The translations under genes and the position numbers were made by a program. A DNA stretch of 64,000 nt from positions 1 through 64,000 of the forward strand of contig JASTWF010000326.1 of assembly GCA_030390025.1 (NCBI GenBank), given 5' to 3'. Shown piece by piece: positions 1 to 12,376 of this stretch. The stretch comes from Squalus acanthias. Its lineage: Eukaryota. Numbering within the stretch: position 1 is the stretch's first letter; the number at the start of each line of letters is the position of its first letter. Below the pieces are notes generated by a model that was not told the origin of the DNA, ran no database searches, and was given only the letters and a program-made list of their open reading frames with translations.

Positions 1-930
1 GAGAGAGAGAGGATGGAAGGAGGGGAGAGAGAGAGGATGGAAGGAGGGGAGAGAGAGAGGATGGAAAGAGGGGAGAGAGAGAGGATGGAAAGAGGGGAGA
101 GAGAGAGGATGGAAAGAGGGGAGAGAGAGAGGATGGAAGGAGGGGAGAGAGAGAGGATGGAAGGAGGGGAGAGAGAGAGGATGGAAGGAGGGGAGAGAGG
201 ATGGAAGGAGGGGAGAGAGAGAGGATGGAAGGAGGGGAGAGAGAGAGGATGGAAGGAGGGGAGAGAGAGAGGATGGAAGGAGGGGAGAGAGAGAGGATGG
301 AAAGAGGGGAGAGAGTGAGGATGGAAGGAGGAGAGAGAGAGAGGATGGAAGGAGGGGAGAGAGAGAGGATGGAAGGAGGGGAGAGAGAGAGGATGGAAGG
401 AGGGGAGAGAGAGAGGATGGAAGGAGGGGAGAGAGAGAGGATGGAAAGAGGGGAGAGAGAGAGGATGGAAAGAGGGGAGAGAGAGAGGATGGAAGGAGGG
501 GAGAGAGAGAGGATGGAAGGAGGGGAGAGAGAGAGGATGGAAGGAGGGGAGAGAGAGAGGATGGAAGGAGGGGAGAGAGAGAGGATGGAAGGAGGGGAGA
601 GAGAGAGGATGGAAGGAGGGGAGAGAGAGAGGATGGAAGGAGGGGAGAGAGAGAGGATGGAAGGAGGGGAGAGAGAGAGGATGGAAGGAGGGGAGAGAGA
701 GAGGATGGAAGGAGGGGAGAGAGAGAGGATGGAAGGAGGGGAGAGAGAGAGGATGGAAGGAGGGGAGAGAGAGAGGATGGAAAGAGGGGAGAGAGAGAGG
801 ATGGAAAGAGGGGAGAGAGAGAGGATGGAAAGAGGGGAGAGAGAGAGGATGGAAGGAGGGGAGAGAGAGAGGATGGAAGGAGGGGAGAGAGAGAGGATGG
901 AAGGAGGAGAGAGAGAGAGAGGATGGAAGG
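1..930. repeat. 24-bp polypurine minisatellite (GGATGGAAGGAGGGGAGAGAGAGA)n, ~38 copies, truncated by window start
   Basis: Direct tandem unit with a variant GGATGGAAAGAGGGG...; explains the MEGGERER repeat ORFs. Confidence 0.95.
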
Positions 931-1469
931 GGGAGGAGAGTGGATGAGAGAGGAAAGTGGATCGAAGAGGGCGGAGAGAGGAGAGGGTATCAGGGGAGGG
1001 AGGTGAGGGGATCGGGGGAGATAGGAGAGAGAATCAAAGGGGGAGGAAGAGGGGATCGGAGTGGAGATCGAAGGGGGGAGAGGAGAGGAGCTCGGAAGGG
1101 GGAGGGAGGTCAAGAGCTGGGGGGAAAGGTGGTCAGGAATTAGTGAGCAGGGAAGAGCATGGAGAGAACAGTGGGAATGGGGGAAGAACGTGATCCAGGT
1201 CTAAAGGGGGGGGAGGGGGCATGAGAGCGAGAACATGATCCAGATGGGAAGATGGATCATGTTATCCCACCTCCAACCCCACCCTTTTTACACCCACGCC
1301 ACGTTATTCCTCCCCTCCCCGAGACCTGGTTGATTTCTCGGTAAGCCTGGTGCGTGTGCATAAAGTGACATTATTGGACTGGACGAAATCCAGAAGCCAT
1401 GACACTGTCACTATTCACTTCATACCCAATAAACCTGTTAACAATCCCTGATCCACTAACAATGGCCCA

Positions 1470-1650
1470 TCTATGGGGTGTGGGGGCGGGGGGGGAAAGA
1501 GGGTCAGGAACTCGAGGGGGGGGGGGGCGGGGGGGGAGGTCAGGAACCCAGGGGGATGGGGGAGGTCAGGAACTCGGGCGGGGGGGGGTCAGGAACTTGT
1601 GGGGGGGAAGTCAGAAACCTGTTGCGGGGGCTTGGAACGGGCAGGGGGAG
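1470..1650 (+). repeat. G-rich low-complexity tract with repeated GGTCAGGAAC motif
   Basis: Four GGTCAGGAAC copies plus one variant separated by long G runs. Confidence 0.7.
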
Positions 1651-2324
1651 AAAGGTCCTCACCCGCAAGGGGGCGCTCTGTCTGTTCTCTGAAAGCAGTA
1701 CTGTGAGCATTGTCCGGAGCCTGGCAGTCAGAATGAATGGTTCATATTACACATTGCAAATTTCTTGATTACTCAGGCAGGCAGGATCTATTTCCACATT
1801 CCAGACAAACTGCTGGGTGTGTCTTGTCCTCCAAGAGGACCAATCAGAAATCTGGTCTTGTCATCTAAGGGGACCAATCAGAACTTTGGTGTTGCAAATA
1901 CACAATGCCACATTTAACTGGCAAAGACACAGCCTGTCATGCTACCATTGTATCACAGCGGTCTCTACATTTCCGAATACATGCCTCAGTTTTCAAATAA
2001 ACAGGACTACTTGTGGCTTACAAAGAGATTATCAGTTTGGCCTCTCATTTTCTTTGCCCTTGCATTGTTAAATTGTTGAAAATAAAATTGCAAAATTAAA
2101 GGATGCAAATGCTTTAGAATAATTAATTTCCCTCCCCCCCCCCACACGCCAACGGCCCCCCTCTCCCCCCACCCCCCAGATTCCCCCTCTCCATTGGACT
2201 CATTATGGTATGGTTTCACAGGGGCAGGCTCCAGTAACTCGACTGAGTTGTCATTTTATAGATGTGAATCTTGTCGGAGTATGTTGTTAGATTACTTAAC
2301 CAAGGGAGGTAAAAGAAAGGAAAA

Positions 2325-2606
2325 GAAAGACTTGGATTTATATAGCGTCTTTCAGGACCTCAGCACTTTACAACCAATGAAGTACTTTTGAAGTTTAATG
2401 TAGAAAACACAGCAGCCAATTTGCGCACAGTAAACTCTCACAAACAGTAATAAGTGACCAGATAATATGTTTAAGGTATTGGTTGAGGGATAATTGTTGG
2501 TCAGGGCACTGGGAGAACGCTTCTGCTCTTATTCAATGCCATGGGATCTTTTACATTCACCTGAGGGGGCAGATGGGACCTTGTTTTAATCTCTCATCCA
2601 AAAGAC
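2325..2606 (-). mobile_element. SINE 3' part (tRNA-head / Deu-type, L2-like tail)
   Basis: Reverse-complement similarity to the full copy at 57377-57840 (tail ...GCTATATAAAT.CAAGTC). Confidence 0.75.
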
Positions 2607-5600
2607 AGATTGACCCAATTCTGTCTTCATCTGACATTCAAAAATGTTATGACACAGCAATCATCATAGATAACAGCATACATTCATATTAAACACCTCC
2701 ATCACCTCTAAACTTCTGCCCCATTTTCAACTTACAATCACTGGATAACAATCAGGATCAAAAGCTCCAAGTAATTTTTCCTCTCCTTACCCCAGGGATG
2801 CTGCAGCAAATTGGGTACCTGTAGCTTCCCCAACGGAGATCAAATAACTCGATGTATAACAAACCTGGGATGTTGTTGGACTATCATGCCTTAATGTTAC
2901 AACAGGTGGGGCATTTACCTATTAAACCACCACAGCTTCATACCTTTGTTAAAGAATTTAAGGAATTTTGCAAGGGTGATTTTTATAAATACATGGGACT
3001 TCTCCCCGATTGCCCTAGTATTGTTTTGGATTCTGGAAAACATTACAATTATTTTAGTAAGGTTATTTTTTTGGGGGGGTGGGTGGGGTGGGGAGCAGGG
3101 CCAAGGAGAAAGAGCAAGGTAGAAAGAACTGACTTTTGCATACCATCAAACTTTCAGAGACTCTGCATGTCCAGTCTGTGGTAGATAGGCATCATGTTGA
3201 GAATCCTACCTTTCTGCACAGGTATATTCTTTATGTGAATATTATTTTAACAATAGTACACACGTGTGAATAAATAAGAAAGTGTCACATCAGAAGTACC
3301 CATTGTTAGTTTGTTGGACATTTTGTTGCCCTAAAATCATGTTGTACACTTTCACCAAAATTCCATTAAATTCAATGGGTCTTTGTTAAAATGGTGGACA
3401 GAGGCATTTCATATGAACGCGTTCATTATTAATATCATGCAATTCTATTTCAAACCCCGGGAATCGTTTAAGACTTAATCCATTTTACTGCAGTCAGTGG
3501 TACTTGTAACTGCAATTATAGAAGGTGCACATGCATCAGATATACAGACAGCTGTCTGCAGTTAGGTACGAAGTATGATCTTTACAGAAATGGAGATGAT
3601 TAGGTTATAAAATCATGGTTGAAACCTGCTATTATAACTTGAGGCTTTCTAAAATTAGAATTACAAATGAGTTGTTTTAAGCAACTAATTAGTTGGTTAA
3701 CTGATCATTAATGAACAAAAACTAAAGTTGTTTTACCGTTTAACTCATTGCCTGAGAAATAAATTACAGGGTAAAGCATTTTAAAATCTCTCGTTTCCCT
3801 ACTGTTTTTAGGCCAATTAAACTTTGCTATTATCCTGCTTCAAATATCATGTTTTGTCAGCAATCTTGGAAGCAAGTGTTGCAGCTGAAAAATGGGCGGT
3901 CAGCAGTTGAAAATCAGGGGAGCACCGCATCACCCAAAGCCCACCTAATGCACTATTCAGACAGACCTGTAAATGGTAGAACAGCCCATCTGCCTGAAGC
4001 AGGCATAAGGCTGCTGCCAAAATATGCGAATTGAGGTTCTACGTCGGTTGTCGGACCCGATTTCCCGCAGCTGCCAGTCTGTGGAAAAATCGAGCCCATC
4101 CACACTCAGTTCAGTGTGAGGCGACAGGTTCTGGAGTGTCTCACAGTAAGGAGCACTCCACCTTTCCCAACAAAGGAAAGGACAAAACATACCTTTAATA
4201 GACTCTTCTGCTTCCATTCTCTTCTGACAGGCCTTCACCTGGTGGGAAAATTGCAGGGGCTTCCCCACTCAGGCCAGAATTAAAATTACAGTGGGGGCCT
4301 GATGCCATCATCAAATCCGGATCTACATATTTAAAGAAGGGCCCCGTTGGTTTTGGGTGGGCCGTTTAGCTGCCAGTGCAGAAGTGCCGGTCAGAATTGG
4401 AAATGGCGGGATCCGCACAGGACAATCACCTGGTGGATTTTAATTGCTTACCTGCTAGGTGGGTAGGGTGAAAATGCACCCCCATCATTGTGTAACTCGA
4501 GTCAACTGTGCTGGTCTTAAATTGTAGAATTATAATACACCCTGCATTGGTCATAAAGTCACACCTGGAACAAACATGTAATCTTGTTAAGAATTGAAAC
4601 CAAATCAATTCCCTAAATTACTGGTTTGACATAATTAGTTTTTTTTTATTATGAAAAACAATTTCAATTGTTTTTCTGTGACCTCAAGGCATTTTGGATA
4701 GAAACTCTGTCTAAACAAGTGTTCCAAACTGCAGCTTGTGTGAATTGAATTACTTACAACAGTTTAAAGCAACACTGCATAAATCAGATACAAGGGACCC
4801 AAGGTTATAATTTAAATCTCCAATGAAAAACTAAAGATTAACACTGGGTCTAAGTGAATTCTTGCAGTCAAGGAACAAAATTAAGTGAGGTCACGGAATC
4901 TGATTCTGATGTCAGACTGAATTAGGTATACTCCTTTATAAACTAAATCAAAACTGCCAGGAAAGAATAGACCGAATCCAGCTGCAAGTTTAATGCCATT
5001 CATATCCATCAATTGATCCATCAACTCTGACCGTGACTGGATGGAATTAGAAATTTAATTGCACATCAAAGAGTAATTAAGAAAGCAGCTGTTTGGAGAA
5101 CAACTGCTGGTGGGTGGAGCATTCCCACTAGTGGATAATGCAATCAGGACTTCAAACTCCTTAATCCTGCTCACAGCCGAAGTATTGCATCTTCCTAAAT
5201 GCTTCATCTACATTCTACTAATCAATGTGTTTACTTGAGCTCATCATATGGAATTACTGTTACTTGGGATGGTATGAGTTAATGAGCTTTGAAGATAAAT
5301 GTTGTAAAAATTAGTAAAATTAATGAAAAAATGAGCAAGAAACGCCTCAGGGCGAAATTAGCAGAGCTTTGTTTTGTTGCCTGTTTTGTCTTGATTTTTT
5401 TTTTCTTATTTCAGGTCGTCGGAATGCTTAATTCAGGCCTTCCATCTCGCCTGAGCAATGAATTTGAACTGAGGGCTGCACGACCTGTTGACATATCATC
5501 AGCCCCTGGCCGAGAACCTCATCAAATGGATTATTTTTGAATTATACTTTGAAGAGTCAACCACCATTGTAAATTTGAATGGCCATCTTTATCCCTCAGC

Positions 5601-6242
5601 AAAAATTATGAAAACCAACTGGATAGATTGTAATAAACTCTGTCTGCTGCGCCTTCTTTTTTGCCTGGCAAGTTGTCTAAACTGAGGCACTGCTAGATTC
5701 TGCATTCAAGTATCATTATATTTACTGTGAATTCTTTCATGCGGTGTACAAATGTTTTTTGCAGCCACTTACTAACATAAACACTAATACAGTACTAAAT
5801 GCAATTGTGTTCCAGAATAAAAATGGTATTTTTTTCTATCACAGTCCATAATTGCACAAAGCACTATAATTTGAATATTGACCCACTGATCTACAAATGT
5901 GCATGCATAACACCACCGCCATGATTGTGGCTGAGCACTGAACAATTATTCATCTGTAGTGATTGCAAATCTAGTGTCAACTGCATTTACAAATATTCTT
6001 TGTAGAATTTTTAAATGTTTTTATAAATTTGCCATTACTTAGTCACTTGCTCAGTAGAAGGAATATCAGTAGTAAATCTCAATCAACAGTAAAAAGAGCT
6101 TCCTCAATAGGTTATTGGGACTGGTTTCTCCACACAGGCTGGAATTCAGATAGAGGGATTCAAGCTTCCCGAAGTAATTCATAAAATTCAAAAGAGGGGA
6201 TGGAAGGGAGAAACCTGGAAGCAGTGGAAGATTATTACGTTC

Positions 6243-6540
6243 TTTTGGATGAGACATTAAATTAAGGTCCCGTCTGCCCTCTCAGGTAGAGTAAAAGATC
6301 AGGAGTGTCCCTCCCAGTGCCATGGCCAATATTTATCCCTCCACTAACATCATTAAAAAAAAGATGAACTTGTCATTATCTCACTGCTCTTTGTGGGATC
6401 TTGCTGTGTGTAAATTAACTGCTGCGGTTCCAATTTTACAACAGTAATTACACTTCATAAATACTTAATTGTCGAGAAAGTGCTTTGGGACGCCCTGAGG
6501 TTGTTAAATGTGCTATATAAATGCAAGTTATTTCTTTCTT
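6243..6540 (+). mobile_element. SINE 3' part, same family as 57377-57840
   Basis: TTTTGGATGAGAC...GCTATATAAATGCAAGT shared with the full copy. Confidence 0.8.
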
Positions 6541-6765
6541 TTAAGTTTAATAGGATGCACTCATGACTTGCAGTAGGATTTGCAGGAAGGGGTTTAAAAA
6601 TCAGGGGATACAAGTTAGGAATGTTTGACTAAGAAGGGAAGTCAACTGGAACTATTGTACAAAGATTAATAGAACTACATGGAGCCAGGTCTTGCTGCAG
6701 CAGGGCGTCTAACTGCGCCTGCTGTTGGTTAGACTTGCCCCTACGCCCTTCAGCTCAAAACAATT

Positions 6766-7005
6766 TTTTTCCCATTCAGTCGCGGCATGTGGGCGTCGCT
6801 GGCAAGGCTAGCATTTATTGCCCATCCCTAATTGCCCTTGATGGTGGTGGTGGTGAGCCGCCGCCTTGAACCGCTGCAGTCCGTGTGGTGAAGGTACTCC
6901 CACAGTGCTGTTCAAGAGGGAGTTCCAGGATTTTCACCCAGCGACGATGAAGGAACAGCAATATATTTCCAAATCAGGATAGTGTGTGACTTGGAAGGGA
7001 ATTTG
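6766..7005 (-). mobile_element. 3' end fragment of the LINE family at 31780-34922
   Basis: Reverse complement of ~34700-34920 (GGCCTTGCCAGCGACGCCCACAT tail). Confidence 0.8.
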
Positions 7006-7009
7006 GCGG

Positions 7010-8023
7010 TATAAGACAGAGAGTAGGGATATGGGTATGTATTCAAATTGGAAGGATGTGACTAGTGGTGTCACACAAGGATCTGTGCTGGGGCCTCAAC
7101 TATTCACTATAGTTATTAATTACTTGGTTAACACAATAGAGAGCCATATATCCAAGTTTGTCGATGAAACTAAGATTGGTAGTATATTAAGTAGTGTGGA
7201 TGGGAGCATAAAATTACAAAGAGACACTACAGATTCAGTGAGTGGGAAAAACTGTGGCAGATGGATTTCAACGCAGGTCAGTGTGAGGTCATCCATCTTG
7301 GACCAAAAAAGGAGAGATCCCAGTATTACTTAAATAGTGAAAAGCTAGGAACAGTGGACGTCGAGAGAGATTTAGGGGTCCATGTACACAGATCACTAAA
7401 ATGTAGTGGTCAGGTACAAAAACCAAAAAAAATCAAAAAGACTAATGGATGTTAGCCTTTATATTAAGAGGGCTAGAATATAAAGCGGAAGTTTTGCTGT
7501 AGCCCTGGTTAGACCACATCTGGAGTAATGTATACAGTTCTAGGGACGGCAGCTTAGAAAGGATATATTGGCCTTGAAAGGAGTGCAACGCAGATTCACC
7601 GTGGGTTAGATTATGAGGAGAGATTACATAAACTATGCTTGTATTACCTGGAATATAGAAGGTTAAGAGGTGATTGATTGAGGTTTTTACGATTTTGAAA
7701 GGAAAGGTAGATGGAGAGAAGTTTTTTCTGCTGATGGGCGGGGGGGGGGGGGGGGGGTGGGTGGGCAGAGTCTCAGACAAGGGGACATAACCTTAAAATC
7801 AGAGTCAGGCCATTCAGGAGAAGTTAGGAAACAATTCTTCACACAAAGGGTGGTAGAAGTGTGGAACTCTCTCCTACAAGTGGCAGTAAATACGAGCTCA
7901 ATTAATAATTTTAAATCGGAGTTCGATAGATTTTTGCTAGCCAAAGGTATTAAGGGATATGGAGCCAAGGCAGGTGGATACAGATCAGCCATGATCTCAT
8001 TGAATGGCGGAGCAGGCTCGAAG
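7010..8023 (+). mobile_element. CR1 LINE 3' portion (RT C-terminus and 3' UTR), decayed; tail resumes at ~9776-9803
   Basis: [23 protein letters not shown] and FFTQRVVEVWNSL motifs; tail GCTGAATGGCCTACTCCTGTTCCTATG displaced by a nested CR1. Confidence 0.9.
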
Positions 8024-9775
8024 CATAGAAACATAGAAGATAGGAGCAGGAGTAGGCCATTCGGCCCCTCGAGCCTGCTCCGCCATTCGATGAGATCATG
8101 GCTGATCAGCCAAACTCAGTACCCTGTCCCTGCTTTCTCCCCATATCCCTCGATACCTTTAGCCTGAAGAAATATATCTAACTCCTTCTTGAATATATTT
8201 AATGAATTGGCCTCAACTGCCTTCTGTGGTAGAGAATTTCACAGGTTCACCACTCTCTGGGTGAAGAAATTCCTCCTCATCTCAGTCCTAAATGGCTTAC
8301 CCCTTATCCTTAGACTGTGACCCCTGGTTCTGGACTCCCCCACCATCGGGAACATCCTTCCTGCATCTAGTCTGTCTAGTCCTGTTAGAATTTTACAAGT
8401 TTCAATGAGATCTCCTCTCATTCTTCTAAACTCTAGCGAATATAAAGCCCAATCGACCCAATCTCTCTTCATACGTCATTCCTGCCATCCCAGGTATCAG
8501 TCTGGTGAATCTTCGCTGCACACCCTCCATGGCAAGAACATCCTTTCTCAGATAAGGGGACCAAAACTGCTCACAATACTCAAGGTGTGATCTCACCAAG
8601 GCCCTGTACAGCTGCAGCAAGACATCATTGTTCCTGTACTCAAACCCTCTCGCTACGAAGGCCAACATACCATTTGCCTTCTTAACCGCCTGCTGTACCT
8701 GCATGCTTACCTTCAGTGACTGGTGCACAAGGACACCCAGGTCTCGTTGCACTTCCCCTTCTCCCAATCTGTTGCCGTTCGGATAATAATCTGCCTTTCT
8801 GTTTTTGCCACCAAAGTGGATAACCTCGCATTTATCCACATTATATTGCATCTGCCATGCATCTGCCCAATCACCCAACCTGTCCAAATCATACTGGAGT
8901 TTCTCGGCATCCGCCTCGCAGCACACATGCCCACCCAGCTTTGTGTCATCTGCAAACTTGGAGGTATTACATCTAGTTCCCTCGTCTGGATCATTAATAT
9001 ATATACAGGAAACTTTCGTTTATCCGGCACCCAAATATCCGGAATTCTCGCTTAACCGGCAAAAATCATCCTCCGAAAACTCCTCTCAAATAACCGGCAA
9101 TGTTGCCGAGTCGCAGTCGAGTCTCCGCGAACGCCGAGTGCTCCGAAAAATCCTCTCAAATAACCGGCAATGTTGCCGATCCCGAGTCCGAGTCCGAGAA
9201 CGCCGATTTAGTCAGTAGGGGTACTTTTCAAAAGTGCCACTACTCGGCCTCCTGGCGCAAGTCCGAAACATTGCAGTAGCAGGAGTAGATTCTCCTGTGC
9301 TGCTTGGAGTCTCTTTGTTAAAAATAGCCTCGGTAGATATAACTCTCTGTTATCCGGTACTTTCGATAAACCGGCACCACGCCGGTCCCGTCGATGCCGG
9401 ATAAACAAAAGTTTCCTGTATAGTGAATAGCTGGGGTCCTAGGACTGATCCCTGTGGGACCCCACTAGTCACTGCTTGCCACTCGGAAAACGACCCATTT
9501 ATTCCAACTCTTTGCTTCCTGTCTGCCAACCAGTTCTCTATCCAAGTCAGTACCTTACCCCCAATCCCATGTGCCTTAACTTTACACACTAATCTCTTAT
9601 GCGGGACCTTATCGAAAGCCTTCTGAAAGTCCAAATACACCACATCCACTGGTTCTCCCTTATCTATTCTATCAGTTACATCCTCAAAAAATTCCAGTAG
9701 ATTAGTCAAGCACGATTTACCTTTTGTAAATCCATGTTGACTTTGTCCAATCCTGTCACTGTTTTCCAAGTGCTC
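8024..9775 (-). mobile_element. CR1 LINE RT region, 5'-truncated, interrupted by a MITE
   Basis: ORFs with [54 protein letters not shown]. Confidence 0.95.
9006..9418. mobile_element. Non-autonomous DNA transposon (MITE), pogo/Tigger-like TIRs
   Basis: 24-bp TIRs CAGGAAACTTTCGTTTATCCGGCA / TGCCGGATAAACAAAAGTTTCCTG (1 mismatch), flanked by TA(TA), CpG-rich, splits the CR1 motif LFTI|YIND. Confidence 0.9.
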
Positions 9776-12310
9776 TGCTGAATGGCCTACTCCTGTTCCT
9801 ATGAAATGCTGTTTTCGCAAAGTTAATGGCAGAGTGATGCAACTCAAAGCAATTTTTGGTTATGCACATTTAACAGCGCATTTGCCACTCGCCTGAAGTT
9901 GCTGCACCATTTACGCATAAATAATGGCGAGTGCCATTAGCCTCACCATTATATGCAACAGCAACTCCGCCGCCTCCTGTCCCCGGAGACCTCTAGAGCT
10001 CCTGCGAGCCCTTCTTGCCAGCCTGTCGAGCTCCTCATGGAGGACTGCGAGGACTCCAAGCCTGATGCTCTCCTGACAATCCTGGCTCCGACGCTCTCCT
10101 GACGAACCCGGCCCCGCGCTCCACTGACGATCCCGGCCTTGACGATTTCTTGGTTACAGTATCTAACGCATGGAGTGGGCAAATCACATTGACACCAATG
10201 CGCCTGCTATAAATGGTGGGGAATGTAGTAAGGTCACTCAAAAAGGGACGTGCTTGTTGTGCCTAATGGCCGTTCCTAGTCATAAAATTCCTCGTTATTT
10301 CCACAGTTTCTATGTCAGTGGCTTGACAATGTTACTTGATGGTTCTTGGAAGTTTTCACTCTATTTCTGGCTTTGAGAGGTAATTTCTGAATCTCAAGAA
10401 ATGCAGCAAGTCTGATAAACAAAACACCAGGCTCCTTATGAAATGCATTTCTTACTGACACTCTCAGGTTACTCCAACTCAAAACTTACAGTAAACACAC
10501 AGATAATTTGCAACTAATTTATCTTTTCTTTTTACTTTTTATTTTCTCATCCCTCTGAAAAGAAAAACAAACAATTTCTTCTATAAAGTGGTTTTTGCCA
10601 CCAGAGAACAACCAACCCTGTTCCAGCAGGGAATGCAGGGCAGGCTTCTCGATTTCTCCATGACTCTGTCAATCTCACTGCATGATCAATGAGGAGGTGC
10701 AATTCAAGTGGAGCACAAAAGGGCAAAGTCTGTTTACAAAGCTTTCTTCAGCAGCCCCGCAGAGGACACCCAGCCGAGGCAAATGGTTTTGAGAAGTCGA
10801 AAGCTGTAGCTGGAGCCACAATCTAATGTTGACTATTCAGAGACAGCATTTTTTGTTTAACCTCTTTCTTAAAATAGCAAAAGTACTGTACAGTACAGGT
10901 TATTAGCATAATTTAAATCCCAGAACAAACAATGTTTAAGCTAATTAAAAGAATAAAAAGCCATAAATTATCTGAATTATCCTAATACGGTGATTAGAAT
11001 GTCTAGCTACAATATTTAACATTAATTTCAATTTAAAAAACCCTTTCAACAATTCTATTTCTATCCTACCCATTCTTCCACCCCCCGTCAGACTGTCACA
11101 CATTTTCACTTGCAAGTTCGGTTGTACTAAAGTGAATTTACACAAAAATGGCCTCAAGTTACCACAGTACCATGCAAAAGCTATAAATGAACTGAAGTAG
11201 TGCAACAGCTAACTTAAAATCTCTCATTAGCAACTGTAGCGAAGAATTCTAATTGTCACAGATATGCGGTAATCTGAGAGAACGTTGGCTGAGAGAATAA
11301 ACAGCCTTAATTCGCCCAAGACAACAGCATGGACCAAGACATCATTAAAGCAACACTGCGACATGAAAAATGGTCACCTTCGTTCCAATTTCCCACCCGT
11401 TTTCTTCTGTCTTACTGTTCATATAAATACTTGAGAGAGTATCTGATTTGCGAATTTCCCAGTTTTTCTTTAAAATTTCCTCAGCAAACAATACAGTAGC
11501 ACTTAGCTCTTGTTTGTAAGTTAGAAGGAAAATCCTGCATAAATATCCCATCCCAAATGTAATCAAGAAAAACTCACGAATGTTTATGCACCCCTGCTAC
11601 TCAACCCTGGCTGATACCCTCCCCAAGAAACAATTCACTTCCCCACTCCCAGCAGCACAGGAACCAATAATAACCACAAATTATTTAATTTTCTCATGTC
11701 TGGTGCATGTGGGGGGTGGCGGGGGTGAGTGGAGGGGAGCAAGTGTCTTACAAATAAATGGTTTGCTTCCTTTCTTAGATACCTTGCAAAAAGGGCTTGT
11801 AGCTTCAGGCCTGTCAATCTGGTTTTCTCACTCAGTAATGTCCAATTTTACAGCTGTCTTTTTTACTCCTACTGCTTAACTGCCTCCTAATTGCTGTTTT
11901 AGAGGATCAGTACTTCTGTCTTTAAGACTTCTTTGCATAGGAACGAACCACTCATCTCATTGAAGTTCCGAGGTAGAAATGCACCCATCTGGTGGCATCC
12001 TCTGCTGTGTGCCACACTTGCTTTAATATGGTAACAAGTTTCAACAAATGTACCTATTCATGACTGATTTTGCACAAACTGAGATGACAAGCCATGTGTT
12101 GAAAAAGAATCTTGCGGCGATCACATGCATTGAGCCTTCCCCCTGTGTTATATCAGGTGCAGCATCAGAAAGCCTCAAAAGTGCTACCAGCTAAACTAAC
12201 AGCAGGAAAAGAAATAGGAAAATGGAAATACTCAGTAAAGCAAAACCAATATTAGACAAGTCTGACCATCAGTTGCTCATTTAGAACTCAAACAGTTACA
12301 AATAATTATA

Positions 12311-12376
12311 AAATACAAACAGAAAAAGCTGGAAATGTTATCAGATTTCCAGCATCCGCAGTATTTTGCTTTTGTA
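12311..12376. mobile_element. Short remnant of PLE family B end
   Basis: CAGATTTCCAGCATCCGCAGTATTTTGC shared with 25579-25608 and (reverse) 48945-48970. Confidence 0.5.

Noticed and set aside
13..947. 101-aa and 248-aa (MEGGERER)n ORFs
   Set aside because: Translation of a stop-free 24-bp minisatellite; no gene context
8805..9408. ORFs spanning the MITE as a transposase
   Set aside because: Element is only 413 bp with no DDE or HTH motif
10519..10575. Possible terminal exon RDEKIKSKKKR* after a good minus-strand acceptor
   Set aside because: Low-complexity A-rich sequence can give this by chance; no independent support
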